Shown here piece after piece: positions 1-13,172 of a DNA stretch of 64,000 bases (the stretch's first letter is position 1; each line of letters begins with the position of its first letter). The notes below the pieces were generated by a model. That model was not told the DNA's origin, did no database searches, and saw nothing but the letters and a program-made list of their open reading frames with translations. The position numbers and the translations under genes are program-made. Location: contig OZ287710.1 in NCBI GenBank assembly GCA_965649825.1, positions 425,639 to 489,638 of the forward strand, in the 5' to 3' direction. The DNA is from Penicillus capitatus. Its lineage: Eukaryota; Plantae; Chlorophyta.

Positions 1-529
1 CAAACAAGAAGAGACCGACTGCCAGACATCCAGCCAGAATTGGACTGGTGAGCCACGATGCAATGATGGGGACGACCCCTTCGAATTTGTCCAGTCCAGA
101 TTTAGAGCCGTCGTATTCAAACCACTGGACAGCACTCCACCCATGAGCAACCAATGTGAACCCAATGACGCCTCCGATGGTGGAATGGGTGGTAGAAACC
201 GGAAGCTCGAGGTAACAGGCGAGTAGAAGCCAGAGGCCGGTGGCTGCAATGACACACATCATACCATACATCAAGAGCTCTGGCTGAGCATCAAATCGCT
301 TTGTATCGACCAGTCCATGCGATACCGTTTTGGTAACGTCCGCTCCGAGGAGAACGGCACCGGCGAATTCAAAGACGGCAGCGATGGCGACTGCCTGCAC
401 TAAGGTGACAGATTTTGCGCCGACGGACGTCGCAAATGCATTGGCCACATCATTGGCACCGATGCCAAAAGAGGTAAAGAAAGCAAAGAAGATGCTTGCT
501 ATGAGTATCCAGAGGTAATCGTTCCACAT
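1..529 (-). CDS. PiT/PHO4-family inorganic phosphate transporter, 5' part (runs off window)
   Basis: Manual translation from ATG at 529: MWNDYLWILIASIFFAFFTSFGIGANDVANAFATSVGAK...LELPVSTTHSTIGGVIG. GANDVANA and PVSTTH are PiT signature motifs; the frame is open to base 1. Confidence 0.92.
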   Translation of the reverse strand, partial: MWNDYLWILIASIFFAFFTSFGIGANDVANAFATSVGAKSVTLVQAVAIAAVFEFAGAVLLGADVTKTVSHGLVDTKRFDAQPELLMYGMMCVIAATGLWLLLACYLELPVSTTHSTIGGVIGFTLVAHGWSAVQWFEYDGSKSGLDKFEGVVPIIASWLTSPILAGCLAVGLFLF

Positions 530-766
530 GGTTCGTGCGCAGCTGTGAATCGCTACAGGTGAGGTGAAGAATGATGGGACGTTGCTCTTGCCGCCACCCA
601 CCGATCTGAACAGGAATATTCGCGCCTGATCGCGCCGACAAAGAAATTTCCAACATGCGAGCCATGTTTTTACATTGGACAATGAAGTGCAGAAAGTCGA
701 CTTTTAGTATCAAACGATGATCGGAATCTGACTTTATGACATACCGAATAGAAAGCGATTATGATT

Positions 767-1870
767 CTACAGAGCTAACAACTTCTGTAGTTCACCAAGA
801 TTTCGTGGTTGGTGTCCAAGAGCCTCTTCCATTTTCTGACGCGTCTTTCTAAACGGAACAGCATCGTCATGTAACATGGGAAACAAGAAGAGTGGAGCGC
901 GTACTTCATGACAAGAGGAAATTCCATGTAGGTGGCCTTCATGTCTAACCATGTCTTGTCCAAAAGAGCAAACATGATGCAGAACAAATGGGAAAAGAGG
1001 TTTTCTTCGACATCGAGCAGCCGAAGGAATCCTCGTATATGAGATGTGTTTCGAGTCTGAGAAGGATCTCTCAGTTGCAGCATTTCTGTGAGAGTGAATG
1101 TGAGATTGACACCAGCCACTGCAAAGGGATATTCCCATTCTGCCCTTACTCCATCGCTCTTGTTCATGAGCTTTTTAAACAGGACAGGGCGCAGGTGATG
1201 TAGATCCAACAACGATTCCAGAGCCAGCAGGCCTCCACCGCGAAAATCTGTTGCGGGATCCATCCCCTGCGCGGCAATGAGATCGGCAGTCGTATGCAAG
1301 CATGACTTGCCTGCCATCCCATCTCTGTCCACTGGGCAGACTTCTGCCCATTCCATGGAGTATCGGGAAATGCAGCATGCCACAGCTCCTTTAGTGCATT
1401 AACGTGTTCTTTTGAATCACTGTCAAAGGGAATCTGGCATTGATACCACAGAGCCCTAAGTCTTTCTTCCTGAAACACAAATAGCAGCCCCCATTACCAG
1501 CAGTCCTTACTGGATTTTGTTTGTACTTGGTTATCTGTCAAGCTTTGCTGTTTAAATGGAAAAATAGCAGCCAGCAGCGCAGCTACACGGCATAACACCT
1601 TTCTCGTCAAATCTAAGAGTGAGAGAAGAGGACATCGGAATCCAACCGACAGATGTGCTAGTGGGAGACAACAAGGCAAGAGGAGTCCGTACCGACGATG
1701 ATTTTCCATGCGGCGGTGATGGCATCGCACAGTTTATTTTGTCCTTGCTCGACATCTTTTGGTGTGCTTGTCTCTTTGCCGCTTTTATATGCATACTTGT
1801 CACTGGCTCCAGGATGTAGTTCCTCCTGAAGCAGAGGCGCGCGGACATCCGATTCTAAAAATCCATCCAT
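767..1870 (-). CDS. ELMO/CED-12 domain protein (ELMOD-type), spliced; start uncertain (could be 2044)
   Basis: EERLRALW...ELWHAAFP, WTEMGWQ|GMDPATDFRGGGLLALESLL, WEYPFAVAGVNLTF. Includes a 44-nt GC-AG intron at 1267-1310. Confidence 0.88.
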
Positions 1871-2131
1871 CTCATGGACGCAGACAGCGTCTCTGTTAAC
1901 AACGCACTTGCGGTTGAATCGACTCCGAAGCTCATGAAGAACGAGATTATTACGTGACTGACTCAGCGCCGAGACGAAGGAAGTCGTATGCGGTATCCAC
2001 GCGTCCATATACGGTTCATCTACGGTCGGATGCAGGACAGCCATTTTCTGAATGGCTGACTGATCCGATCCATCGAGCTTTCTTGTACAGGAGGTTGTTC
2101 ATCTAATTGTTGGCGAAAGCACGCCATCCAC

Positions 2132-4912
2132 ATGGCTTCATCAAAAACGTACTTCAACCTTCGTCGGATTGAAATGGGAGGCGAGTCATGAAGCAGTCAT
2201 GAACTTCATGACGATACGCTGTTGCACAGACGAGGAGTCGGCATCCAGTGAAGAAGAAGCGTTGTCTGACGTGGATGACAGCAACATTCCCAACAAGAAA
2301 GTTATTATCCTTGGGGCCGGCGTGGCTGGAATCTCTGCTGCGTTGTTCTTAAAGGCACGCCCTACCATTTCGGTCTTTCTGTTCGAACACGACCTGTGTG
2401 ATGTAGAAGCACAATGTTGATGCGGTGGTGTTGGAAGGGCGCGATCGAATTGGTGGGCGAATTTACACAGACTATCACAGCTTTAGTGCTCCAGTCGATC
2501 TCGGGGCTTTCATCATCACTGGTACTCAATGATGTGATGCAGGTTATTGTCAGATGGGAAACGACACGTAGGTGCGGATCCAGACCCGAGTCGAAACAGC
2601 GCATGTGATCCGTGTGGACCCATATCGCGCCATTTTGGTCTGGGACTGCATTACCTAGACAGTCGAACATTACCCATCTATCATGAAGTGTACAAGCAGA
2701 CACCCATTCCACATGACATCGACAGAAAAAGTGCATTGTACGTGTCTTTCGCATTGTTCTGGGCTTAAACATGTCATAGATTGTTTGATCGCATTCTGGA
2801 TGGTATCGCTGACCTGCAATCAGACAGTGAGGATGTGGTCGTTGCTGTCGATGATGCTCGCAGTCTGGGAGAACTGTTCACTCAATGTGTTGAGGAGTAC
2901 GTTGACAAGATCGAGATGCCCAAGGAGCAGACCTCTCTAACGGATACTCATCATATTCTTGGCAGTACCATAGATACCAGTGATCTTGAACTGGTGGAGG
3001 ATATACATGGCGTCAAGACTCCAACATCATCAACTTTAAAACAGAAGCGATCAACTGGTGTGGACGATGATCCAGATCCTCCAGCCAAACAGGAAAGAGA
3101 TCCAAGCCCAATCAGAAAGAAGCTCAAAATCACATGTAGAGGACAGAAAGATGTCGTTCTGGATGTTTACACAAAGAGCAAGACATCCTCCGAAAGTGCA
3201 ACACAATCACCACAGGGTGTCAAAACAATGTCATTAGCACAACTGTGCCCGGCAGAGAAAATGAAGAAAATGCAAGAACTGAAAGAACCTGCACAGATCA
3301 AGGACTCGAAACCAGCGCAACAAAAAAGCGACAAAGCAAAGGCCACAGATATGCACAAAGAGAGTCCAAAAATGAGCAATATTCGAAGAGGTCTGCTCTT
3401 AAGGCCAAATCTATGAGTTCTATGTTTGTACTTAATGTTCCGTTTCAGGGCGTGGGCGACCTCCCAAGAATCCATTGACCCAACCGAAGATCGACTTTGG
3501 AAATGGTCAAGAGACAAAGCAATCGCACCATCTAACTCCAGCAGGTCGAATGCACACATGTCCCTCTAAAGATCCAAATACTGGCAGTACTAGATCCTGC
3601 TGCCAAAGTGGATGTCGTGATGTGGCACAAAGCTCATCTGGAGTATGGATGCGGAACTTCCTTGAGCAACTTGAGCAGTGTACACTGGAATCAGGATGAA
3701 GACTATGGCGGCTTTAATGGCAGACATGCCATCGTGAAAGGTGTGGCAGCACGAGACAGAGCAAATTCTATCGACTGACGGTCTCCCTCTGCAGGTGGAT
3801 TGGCACCCCTTCTTGAAAGATTGAGCATTGGACTCGATATCAGATTAGAGATGATAGTAAACAACGTAGCCTACGGTTCGGATGGTGTTCGAGTGACATG
3901 TCAAAATGGTAGTGATCTCAGCACATCGAATAACAGGGAATGGATGGTGTTTAGGCGATGTGTTTGAGGGTGGATGCGTGATCTGTACCCTTCCTTTGGG
4001 CGTATTGAAGTCCACAACAGTTACATTCACTCCTCCATTGCCTGCCTGGAAGGAGAGTGCCATCAAGAGCATTGGATTTGGAAACCTTAATAAAGTGGTG
4101 CTCGAATTTCAATCTGTTTTTTGGGATGCATCCATCGACTATTTTGGCATTGTGCCTAAACCAAGTCGTCCTTCGGAGAAGACGCATACGTCTGAGCCTG
4201 CATCCAACCACAGCTTTTCTTCGTCCAGCACTCCAGGAGCCACATCTGTCGAGAGTCAGTATGAGACTGCTGGATTCTGTTTCATGTGGTGCACGGCATA
4301 TCGTTACACAGGCAAGCCCCTTCTGACAGGCATCGTTTCTGGAAGTATGGCAGACAAGGTCCAGATATCTAATCTACCTTCCTCTGTCAGCTGTGGCATT
4401 GAGGTCTGTCTGCCTTATCAGGTCGAAGAGATGAGTGAAGACAATGTCATTCAGATGGCTTTGAGCAATCTTTCCTCTGTCTTTGGCGACTGTGTTGCCT
4501 CTCTCTTTCTTCGTGGAAAAATGACACGTTGGAAATCGGATGTCTTCTCCAGAGGATGCTACACCTATGTCCCTGTGGGCATGAGTGGCAAGGGATATGA
4601 GAATCTCGGCCACCCGATTCTGGGGCATGGATTTGGCGTTCTGTTTGGAGGAGAGCACACAAACAAGCAACATCCAGACACCATTGGAGGCGCCATGATC
4701 ACAGGTGTGTCTCGAACGCCTCCTTTCTGTTAATGCTGTGTGGTATGCCAGGCGTCCGCGAAGGAAAGAGGGCACTGCACTTGTTGTACGGTCCTGATGC
4801 CGCAAAGAGGAAGGTGCAGGTGCCGTCCGTACAGAGGGCTCGTGATCAAGATGCATCTGAGCTTCTATTTAAAGAAGCAGAGGCAGAGATTGTCCGCCTG
4901 CACAGAAATTGA
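2132..4912 (+). CDS. FAD-dependent amine oxidase, LSD1/LDL3-like lysine demethylase family, spliced; no SWIRM domain seen
   Basis: [16 protein letters not shown] (GxGxxG), [68 protein letters not shown]|VREG (LDL3-like HPDTVGGAM). Confidence 0.85.
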
Positions 4913-5232
4913 AGGCATCTGCTCGCTGTTCGCGTTTTTTGGTATCATGATTTTACTTTTAAAGCCTCATCGCTCGTTACCGAGGCGGAGTTATTATTCA
5001 ATACACGATTGTCAACGGTTGACATGTGGCTGTTGATGTGACAGTGGACTTGAGCACATTGCATCTTTCCATCGCGTCATGGACTCTGTCGATCGCAAGC
5101 GACAGAATTCGGCAAAGTATCCATTCCCTTTAACGATCTTGGACCCCAATCGAACTCCATTGGCTTAGATCCACAGAAGATGACAATCTCGAACAGCTCA
5201 CTTCTGAGGACAATCCTTCTACTGACGACGAT

Positions 5233-6332
5233 ATGTCGAAGGATAAAGAGAGTGCGTCTATGGACGAAGTAGCAGACGGCCCTGACGATTCAAAGATATC
5301 AGACGAAGAGATTGATGCCTCCTTCGGCTTCTTCGATCCATCTGATAAAGACTTCCATTCACTAAATGAACTGCTCAAGCAGCAGTTTAAGGACATTGAG
5401 GAGTTGACGGTTCCGGAATTGACAGAGACAATCATTCGCCAGGCAGGATCATGAGGGCATTGTCGGCTATACCTACTTTTCTGCTGTTCGACAGAGCACA
5501 GTTGGAAGTGTGGTTCGATGCGAAGAGAGCGACGATGATGGTTTCGTCTTGGGTCTTATTTCGGTGCTGAATTTTGATCGGTACAAGGACCTGAAGTGCC
5601 TAAAGCAATTGATTTCTCATATCTTGAACCAGTGTGAAGATGTCGCAAAGAAACACGTCTTTGAACAGGTGCTTCTTTCATCTGTTGGCTTAGGGATGGG
5701 AATTTCTGCACACAGGTCATGCACTCTTCGAAAGCTGGCTTAATTATCAACGAACGCCTCCTGAATATGCCACCAAAAATCGGACCGCCACTCAACCAGT
5801 CGCTGTTTGAAGAAATTAGCTGGGCACAGGAAGACGAACCCACTGAGGTACATCAATTGCTGTTATCTGTGATGTGTCAGAGCAACAATCGTCTCATGCA
5901 TGCACTCAGGAATTGAGAACATCGTTTAAGATGGATGCGTATGTCGTGATGACCCATGTCTATCAAGATCCACTAACTGACCCAAAAACCGAGCATCCCT
6001 CAAAGAAGAGCAAAGTCCTGTCGGATACAGTGACAGTCCTGTGTCGAACGCTAAGTGTTTGGTCAGGTCGTTGGACCGACAGGCTACATCTATGTCAAGC
6101 CAGAAGATGAGTTCTATCACAAATTCAGCAAAGAATGGTTCGTCATTCCGCGTCCTGACTCGGAGAGCAACACCGAAGGACTGAAATCTTACCGACTCAT
6201 TCTGTTCATCACACACGAGTCTGTCACTCAAGCACAGTAAGGACATCGTCTCCGTTTGCGTCTTGTCACCAGCATGGTGTCGACAGGATTGCCATGGATG
6301 CCATCGTCGGCAATCCTGCAAGCGCGATGTGA
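5233..6332 (+). CDS. BCP1: BCP1/BCCIP-family protein, spliced
   Basis: FGFFDPSDKDFHSLNELLKQ, GLISVLN, GLIINERLLNMPPKIGPPLNQSLFEEISWAQEDEP, YVKPEDEFY. Confidence 0.88.
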
Positions 6333-6376
6333 CAGTCTGTCTGTTCGCTTGCGTAGAGGAGGACGTTTTCCAACAG

Positions 6377-7907
6377 ATGGAGGGTTCCGTCCTCGAAGAA
6401 AAGCTTCGCAAACTTCAATCGACTCAAGAAACGATTAACGCAACAGCGGATTATCTGATTGAGAACAGCGCTGAGGCCAAACGGATTGTAAGGACGTGGA
6501 ATGAAGTAGGGTGCCCTCGCGATATCCTCTCTCTGCGATTGGACACTTGAATTTCAGGAGTTTACGACTTCGAGTGTCCACAAGAAGCTAACACTGCTGT
6601 ATCTTGCCAATGACGTACTGCAGCGTTGCAAGACAAACGCGTTTCTCCCTGGATTTCTGCATTACCTTCCAAAAGCAACGGCACACCTCTACAAGCACGG
6701 CGACGCGAAGATGCGTTGTGCTGTGATGCGGCTAGTTGAGGTCTGGACAGAACGAAAAGTTCTGAGGAGTCAGGGGATCGCTGCTGTCAGATCACACTTA
6801 GAAAAAGTGAAAGACACACCTCCTCCAATCGAAGAGTCCACACAAGAAGACGAATCGATGCAAGGAACCAAACGTAAGAGAGGCATACATCCCATTCAGG
6901 ATTGTCAAGAAGAAGTGGAAGAAACAGCACGGCAAAGGGCAGAACTGGAACAAATGAGTGCTCAACTTGTCAACGATGTACGCATTGCTGACAGCTTCAG
7001 TCGTCGACAACAACACTCGGATATGTGGTGTGTAGAGGAAGGTGAATGAGCTGACGAAGGAAGAGCTGTTGAGGTTGAGCGCCTTTTCTGATCAGCTGTG
7101 CACCGCCGTCAAAATGGAAATTCAAGTTCGAAAAAAGATGGTGGATTTGCTGAGGGATACATTGACAGAGCAGGTCACACAGATCCTACTACACCTGTAT
7201 CTGTCCATTCATACCCAACGACATCGATATGGTGTAGGAGGAAGGCTTGAAGAACAGTAAAGAGATGTTGCGTCTGTGTTTTGTACAACAAGAGGAGATC
7301 AAGAAAGCCTCAACTCCGACAGAGAGCTTTCCGACACAGGAATCCTTCAATGGAAGAAGCTCCATGTCGATTTCAGATGAAAACAATGAAGTGGCCCTGA
7401 TGCCAACGGAGGTTTCGTCATCGACAGTCAATATCTCGAATCCGAGTGCTCACAATTATCAGACTCCTGCTCCGACCTATCCCGCCTCGCTGTTGCCGCC
7501 GTATCCGCATGCAGGACCAATGACCTATGCAAGTCATCCATCCGGACAACCAGTCCATACATTGGCATTTCCAATGATGCATCCTGACGGGAGCGTTGAG
7601 AAATCACAAGAGCACGAGATAACGAACCCTTATCGCCGTGCGCCTCCATTTATGAGACAAGGGTACATACCAGGTACAGTGTGAGTGATTTCTTTGGACT
7701 TAACTCATTTCCTCCTCTGTCGTTGTTTAGACAGTCAGGGATTGCCGCCTGCTCCATATGAGGCACATGTCATTCATGTATGCCTATCTCCTTTCTGATG
7801 CACACTGATCACTGCCAATATAGGAAATGCGCAATCCGTATGGACCTCATTTGAACTATGGTGGGTATCCGGGACAGTACAACTCTGAGAAAGATTGGCG
7901 ATCGTAG
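6377..7907 (+). CDS. CID (Pol II CTD-interacting) domain protein, RPRD1/Rtt103-like, with coiled coil and Pro-rich tail
   Basis: LEEKLRKLQSTQETINATADYLIE...IVRTWNE, KLTLLYLANDVLQ, MRLVEVWTERKV. Confidence 0.8.
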
Positions 7908-7967
7908 ACGATTGATTGATTTGAACATGACAAAGACTGACGCAAATTTGTTGTGTTGATGATCGGA

Positions 7968-9858
7968 TTATGCGACAGACAGTGTTTTTACCATATAATG
8001 TCCTTCAAGATGGTATCCTAGTTTTCGATAGTAATGTCGTGTGCCGACTCCAGATATAACGACGAGTTTCTGTGATCGATGCTCCTTCATGGCAATCTCC
8101 TCTGCCTTCTCCATGAGTAGCGTTCCGTAGCCTTGATGCTGGAACTTTGTCGTGTCTCGACCGTGGACAGAAACGGCAGTGCCATAGACATGGAGTTCAC
8201 GAATAATGGACGTTTTTCCTCTGAGTTCTGGCTGACGTTGTTTGTCGGGGCCTTGACATTTTCTCAACCTCAACAGTCCAACGAGAATGTCTTTTTGAGG
8301 ATCTTCATAGGCAAGGAATGTCTCCCAGCTTCCGTTTGCTGAATAATCCCTTCGGATAAGCTCCACTTCTGTTGGCCTGATTCGATTGTGAATGTCTTGG
8401 ATGCCCACTTCTCTTGTACGCACGTCGCGGCATCGCAATCCAAATTGAGCCATCCGAGCAAGAGCTAATTCGCGAAGATTGCCCTTCTCCACTCCAGATG
8501 TGACCAAAGGCATCGGGATATCTCGCTGAACACGATAGACACGCACCCATGGGGGCACTAATGCCAAGATCCTGGCAACTAGATCCACCAACTGCACATC
8601 GATAAAGAGATCATCCACCGATCGCCATGAGAGATGTCAGTCGCACTTTGTCAGGGTGATAGTTCTTGTAGAGACCCTTCTTCCATAGCTCATAGAGTCC
8701 AGTTCCTCGAATGACGAGAGTTGGATAGATTTTCAGTCCATCCGTACGAAAATCAGGATTCTCGAAGAACTCTCTGAAGCTCTCTATGTCTCTCTCCCAT
8801 CCAACATTCGGCAGATCAGGCATCATATGAGCAACCACTTTAAATCCAGCATTCTTTGCCAGCTGGAAACATCTCTTCACTGCCTCTACTGTGTGACCAC
8901 GATTTGTATCACGGGCCACATCCTCATATATGCTTTGCAAACCAATTTCCAGCCTTGTGCAACCGTAAGAGAGCATCTGTGTCAGATGTGGCATCTGGCA
9001 GAAATCGGGCCGCGTCTCGATGGTTAGCCCAATGCATTTCGTTCTGCTCTCTTCTGAGTAAACGACAGCTTCCTCCACGTTGCGGGATGTGTGGCCTGAT
9101 AAAGCATCATGGAGGTTGCGAATGAAGTAGTCTCTGTAGTCTAGTGGGAGCGACATGAATGTCCCGCCCATCAAAATAAACTCGACTTTGTCGACGTTGT
9201 GTCCAAGCTTCCTCAGTTGCTCGACTCTGTTTCGAGCTTGAACATATGGATTGTATCTGTGAAGGAGAGGGTACTGAGGACAGTTAACATGAACACAAGA
9301 TCACACACCGTGCACGAATGGCTCTCATGCTCGTAGGCTCATATCCTGTGTAAGACTGTGTGCTGTATTCGAAATCCGAATCGGGTCCCCCTGGACAGTA
9401 AACGCAGATGTTCCCAGTGGTCGCAATGTGTGGACATCGATGTGGCTTTGACATGACAGCGACAACTGCAATGCCAGATGCTGTTCGAACTGGTTTTGCA
9501 CGCAACCTACAATGGAAGCGTTGATATTTCGATTGAGCAGATCTTGCAGACAACTGTGGCAGAAGAACAGATTTGTACTCCTCTGGCACAGCAGCAATAA
9601 TCTCGACGAGCTTTGGTGCGCGACTCAGTCCATATTTCTTTGTCACCTAATCGGGAAGGCGACGTTTTGCATTCTACTACTCTGTCGGGGACCTTTGTTT
9701 TGAGATCATTCAGGTCAAGTGTCTGCCCACGAGTCACTCCGCGAATCAAAACGGTGACGATCTCGGCGACAGCGCGAATTCGATCCTACTACAGCGGGAT
9801 GTTCTCGCAAACGTCTTTTGATCGATGCACTGCCAACCACCTCTTCATTTTTCTTCAT
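7968..9858 (-). CDS. ELP3: Elongator complex protein 3 (radical SAM + histone acetyltransferase), spliced; exact start uncertain
   Basis: [24 protein letters not shown]...[63 protein letters not shown]. Confidence 0.97.
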
Positions 9859-10006
9859 AGTTCAGCCGCAGTTCGATACAACAGACCCAGTCGACTTTAA
9901 ACGTCACGTCAAACTCTTTTGTGAAGCCCATCATGCTGAATTGTCGGAATCAATTTCCTCCATCGATATGTCGTCATCTGTCGGGCACCGTTTCCTTATC
10001 AGGCAA

Positions 10007-11814
10007 CCTACAAGAGAAGTCTAACGTCATCATCTGCAGGTTTGAATGGATGGATGGTGGATACCTTCTTCGTTGTCGTCCGCCTGGGCACGTCGTCTCC
10101 TCTTTGGTCTTGATGGAGGTAGACCCTCTATTTCGGCTGGAACATAATCTGCATCTTCATCATCCCGATCTGGCAGTTCTTCTCCTGCCAAGAGATGCAG
10201 CAGTTCTGGATCGTCTGGTGTCTGTGTTCCTGAGGAATCCGACGCGGTGAACAGGTTTTCCATTCCAGATGCCTCCTTAGATCCGTCTATGACCACATTT
10301 GCTTCTGTCTGTCGCATTTCTTCAATTTTCTTCTCCTCGGGTCCACGTTCTTTATCTGTCGCGTGATTCTTGGTAGTTGTTTCCCATGGTCTTGTCGGAG
10401 AATCCTGTTGAACACTGTCGGGGGCGTCTCCACTTGCATCAAGCCGAGATTCATGTCCCAATGCTTGATGCTGTACTGTGTGGATGTCGTTCGGATCAGA
10501 GAACTAAAAGCAGGCCGGCCGAAGAGTGGCAAGCGCACACTTGATGCATGCTGTACTGGAATATTCTTTCGTCTGAAATACCGAAGGATGGTGCTTCTCT
10601 CTGCGTTTGGCAAGAACTTAAGATCATAACTGCATGGACTGCCAGCGATGTACAACATCAGCGTAAAATGTGCTGACTTGTAGGTTCTTGTTCCCACCGT
10701 CACAATATCCTTTAACGGAAAACAGTATGATGGGTCGCTGCCAAAACAAACGGACTTCTCCAGGAGGAACATAAATCCTGCAATGCAGTGGTGATGCTGT
10801 CTTAGTTGATGATGACCATGCCACCTGCTTTCCCTTGATGAATTGGAGAGAAGTAGGGAGCTCCATTCGGCGGACGATCTTGGGAAGGAGCATCAAATCT
10901 CTCTTCTGGAACGCCAGAAAGGCGAAGCAGATCTGCTAAGATTGTCGCCTCATTTCCTGTCATTGTCTCCGATAGAGCATTGGCCGAATGCACGGCAACA
11001 GAGGCTTCGTTGCTGGACTACAGCAAAGATATGCGCACAATGTGCGTCATGTGGGTGATGGATGATCCATCTAACAGACCTTCATCGACAGTGTGAAGAT
11101 TTGCTTTCCTCTGTACATAACACCAGAATCCCTGACCAATCAAGTCTGTCCAGCAAAGAATGAAGACAACGTCAGGAGGCTCACGGATAAAGAGTGATGA
11201 AGAGATGTCCCTCTGTCTTCGACAATTCAGTCTTGGCAATGTTGACATCTTTGAAATCTTCTCCTTGCAGAATGTCCCGCAATGGCACAGCGATGCTCTG
11301 TAGGTAACCAAGAGATCGGTCATCGTAATCATGACCAGGCGACAAGTCATACAGCAATTCCTTCAATACTAGAGAGAGGAATGTGTATCCATTCCTCGTC
11401 GTTTCCCTCAAACCGCAGTGCCAATCCATTCTTTAAGACGGCGACGTCGAACACGCCTCTATCCCAGACACATTCTTCCTAAATCCTCGGATCGGCATCG
11501 TCTACCTGGGAGCTGTCCACACAGTCGAGTTGACGCGAGCGACAAGGTTCGATGCATCCAACATTGACAAAGTGCCATTCGGAGGAATAGAATGGTCACG
11601 GGACTCTATCAAGGAATTTAGGCGTCAGACGCGAAACGCAGATGGTGACGAAATGGATCTTCTTACGAGCTTCCTCGAGGACATGGAAGAAGGCATCTGC
11701 CAATTGTGTGGCCTGCTCTTCTGTCTGCGCCTCAAGTAATGATATCAAGTGATCGCTTCCTTCAAACGATTTCAATGCGGAACGAAGTCGATTCATTTTT
11801 CGAAAGTGTTCCAT
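10007..11814 (-). CDS. Putative histone chaperone with Rtt106/SSRP1-type PH-like domain and acidic tail; boundaries approximate
   Basis: HQGKA|GFMFLLEKSVCFGSDPSYCFPLKDI resembles the Rtt106/SSRP1 middle PH motif (xKAxxGxLYPLEKxFxFxxKP). C-terminal DRDDEDADYVP plus PKRRRR. Confidence 0.5.
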
Positions 11815-12052
11815 CGATGACTCTGATGATGCGCACCATCCATCCATCCATCCATCTATTGACGATGTTCAAATCGAGGCAGCTTCAGAACAATTGACAC
11901 GCAGTCTGTCCTGCCTTCTAGATTGAATTGAGAAAGGGACACAGATCTCTCAGACCATCGTAAAGAATGCAAAAAGCGCAGAAATGTTCGATTCTCTTCA
12001 CACAGAGCATGGACTGTCAAACGAACAGCACCATTTCACCCTGACAACAATC

Positions 12053-12979
12053 TCATGTTTTGGCGACTCCCTGAGGAACCACTGATCTCAATATTTGCTC
12101 TGCCAAAGCATCCACCTAGATGACAAGCAGACCACGAAACATGAGACGTCATACAAGCAGACAGATAGGCCATACCTGTATTTCCAGTGATTTCATGGCT
12201 TCATCTCTTTCCTTCTGGAAATTTGCAAAGGCGGCTGCAACTTCTGCATCCGATTTCTAAGGACAAACCAAGACAGAGTCAGTGTGTGGTAGGCACAACT
12301 GTGTATAGCTTACGCTTTTCGCGTCGCCGAAGACGGTTTCATTCTTCGCCTCGATCTCTCTTCTGTTCTGCATGACAGAATGATCGATGATCATTGATGC
12401 ATGGAAACGCCTTTATGCTTCTTGCCTTGTTGAGTGAAGACTGTGCCTCCACTCGTGCCTTTTTCAGAATATCACTAGCATCTTTCTCCAATTTCTCAAT
12501 CTCATCCGTCCTCGACGCGACGCTTGCGAGTTCGTCGCGGATGAACTTATCCCTTTTGTCCAATATTTCGCCCACAGGGGTAAACCATGCTTTATCCAAG
12601 AAAACCTGACAGAAAACAACCATGGATATCTGTTTGTGGATCTCGAGCCAAACCATGAGAAGCAGAAATTGGATCGCCATGATAGGCAATGTGAAGTTGA
12701 TTTCAAGTAGCTTTCCAGCATCAGCATATGCCGGCAGTGTCAGTACAAGGGAAGAAAGAGTCGTCAGACTGACAGGTTTCGCAAAGGACTCCAAAACTGT
12801 TTTGCCATTTGGACTGTCACATTAAACAACGACTGCAGTCATGTGCCACAGCAGAAATAAGATCACGTGGATGGTTGTGCCGCCTTTGCCACTATGCTTG
12901 TCTTCCGTGATAGAGATGTGCGCGGGAAAGCGGACGAAGTGCCTTTGAAGAGTGACATACGTGGCGACGTGGCCATCAT
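12053..12979 (-). CDS. atpG: Chloroplast ATP synthase CF0 subunit b' (II), nuclear-encoded with transit peptide
   Basis: Ser/Arg/Ala-rich N-terminus, then AYADAGKLLEINFTLPIMAIQFLLLM|VFLDKAWFTPVGEILDKRD; ends VDALAEQILRSVVP. Confidence 0.93.
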
Positions 12980-13172
12980 CTTGTCGGTAATAGTACGCTC
13001 GCCGGCACCTTCTGGAGAACGACGTTGCTCAACGACAGACTGTACGTAGGCGTGCGTACGACAGAGAGATCTTGCAGTTGAGATTGATTACATCATTCTT
13101 CGTCCAACTTTGAACTGTATCCATCTTTGCAAATCATTCCCCGATAACATCCACAAGGTAATACGCTTGATT

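Noticed and set aside
2522-2571. Apparent in-frame TGA (2530) in the LDL3-like gene
   Set aside because: It falls within a 50-nt GT-AG intron; splicing gives IITG-ADPDPS.
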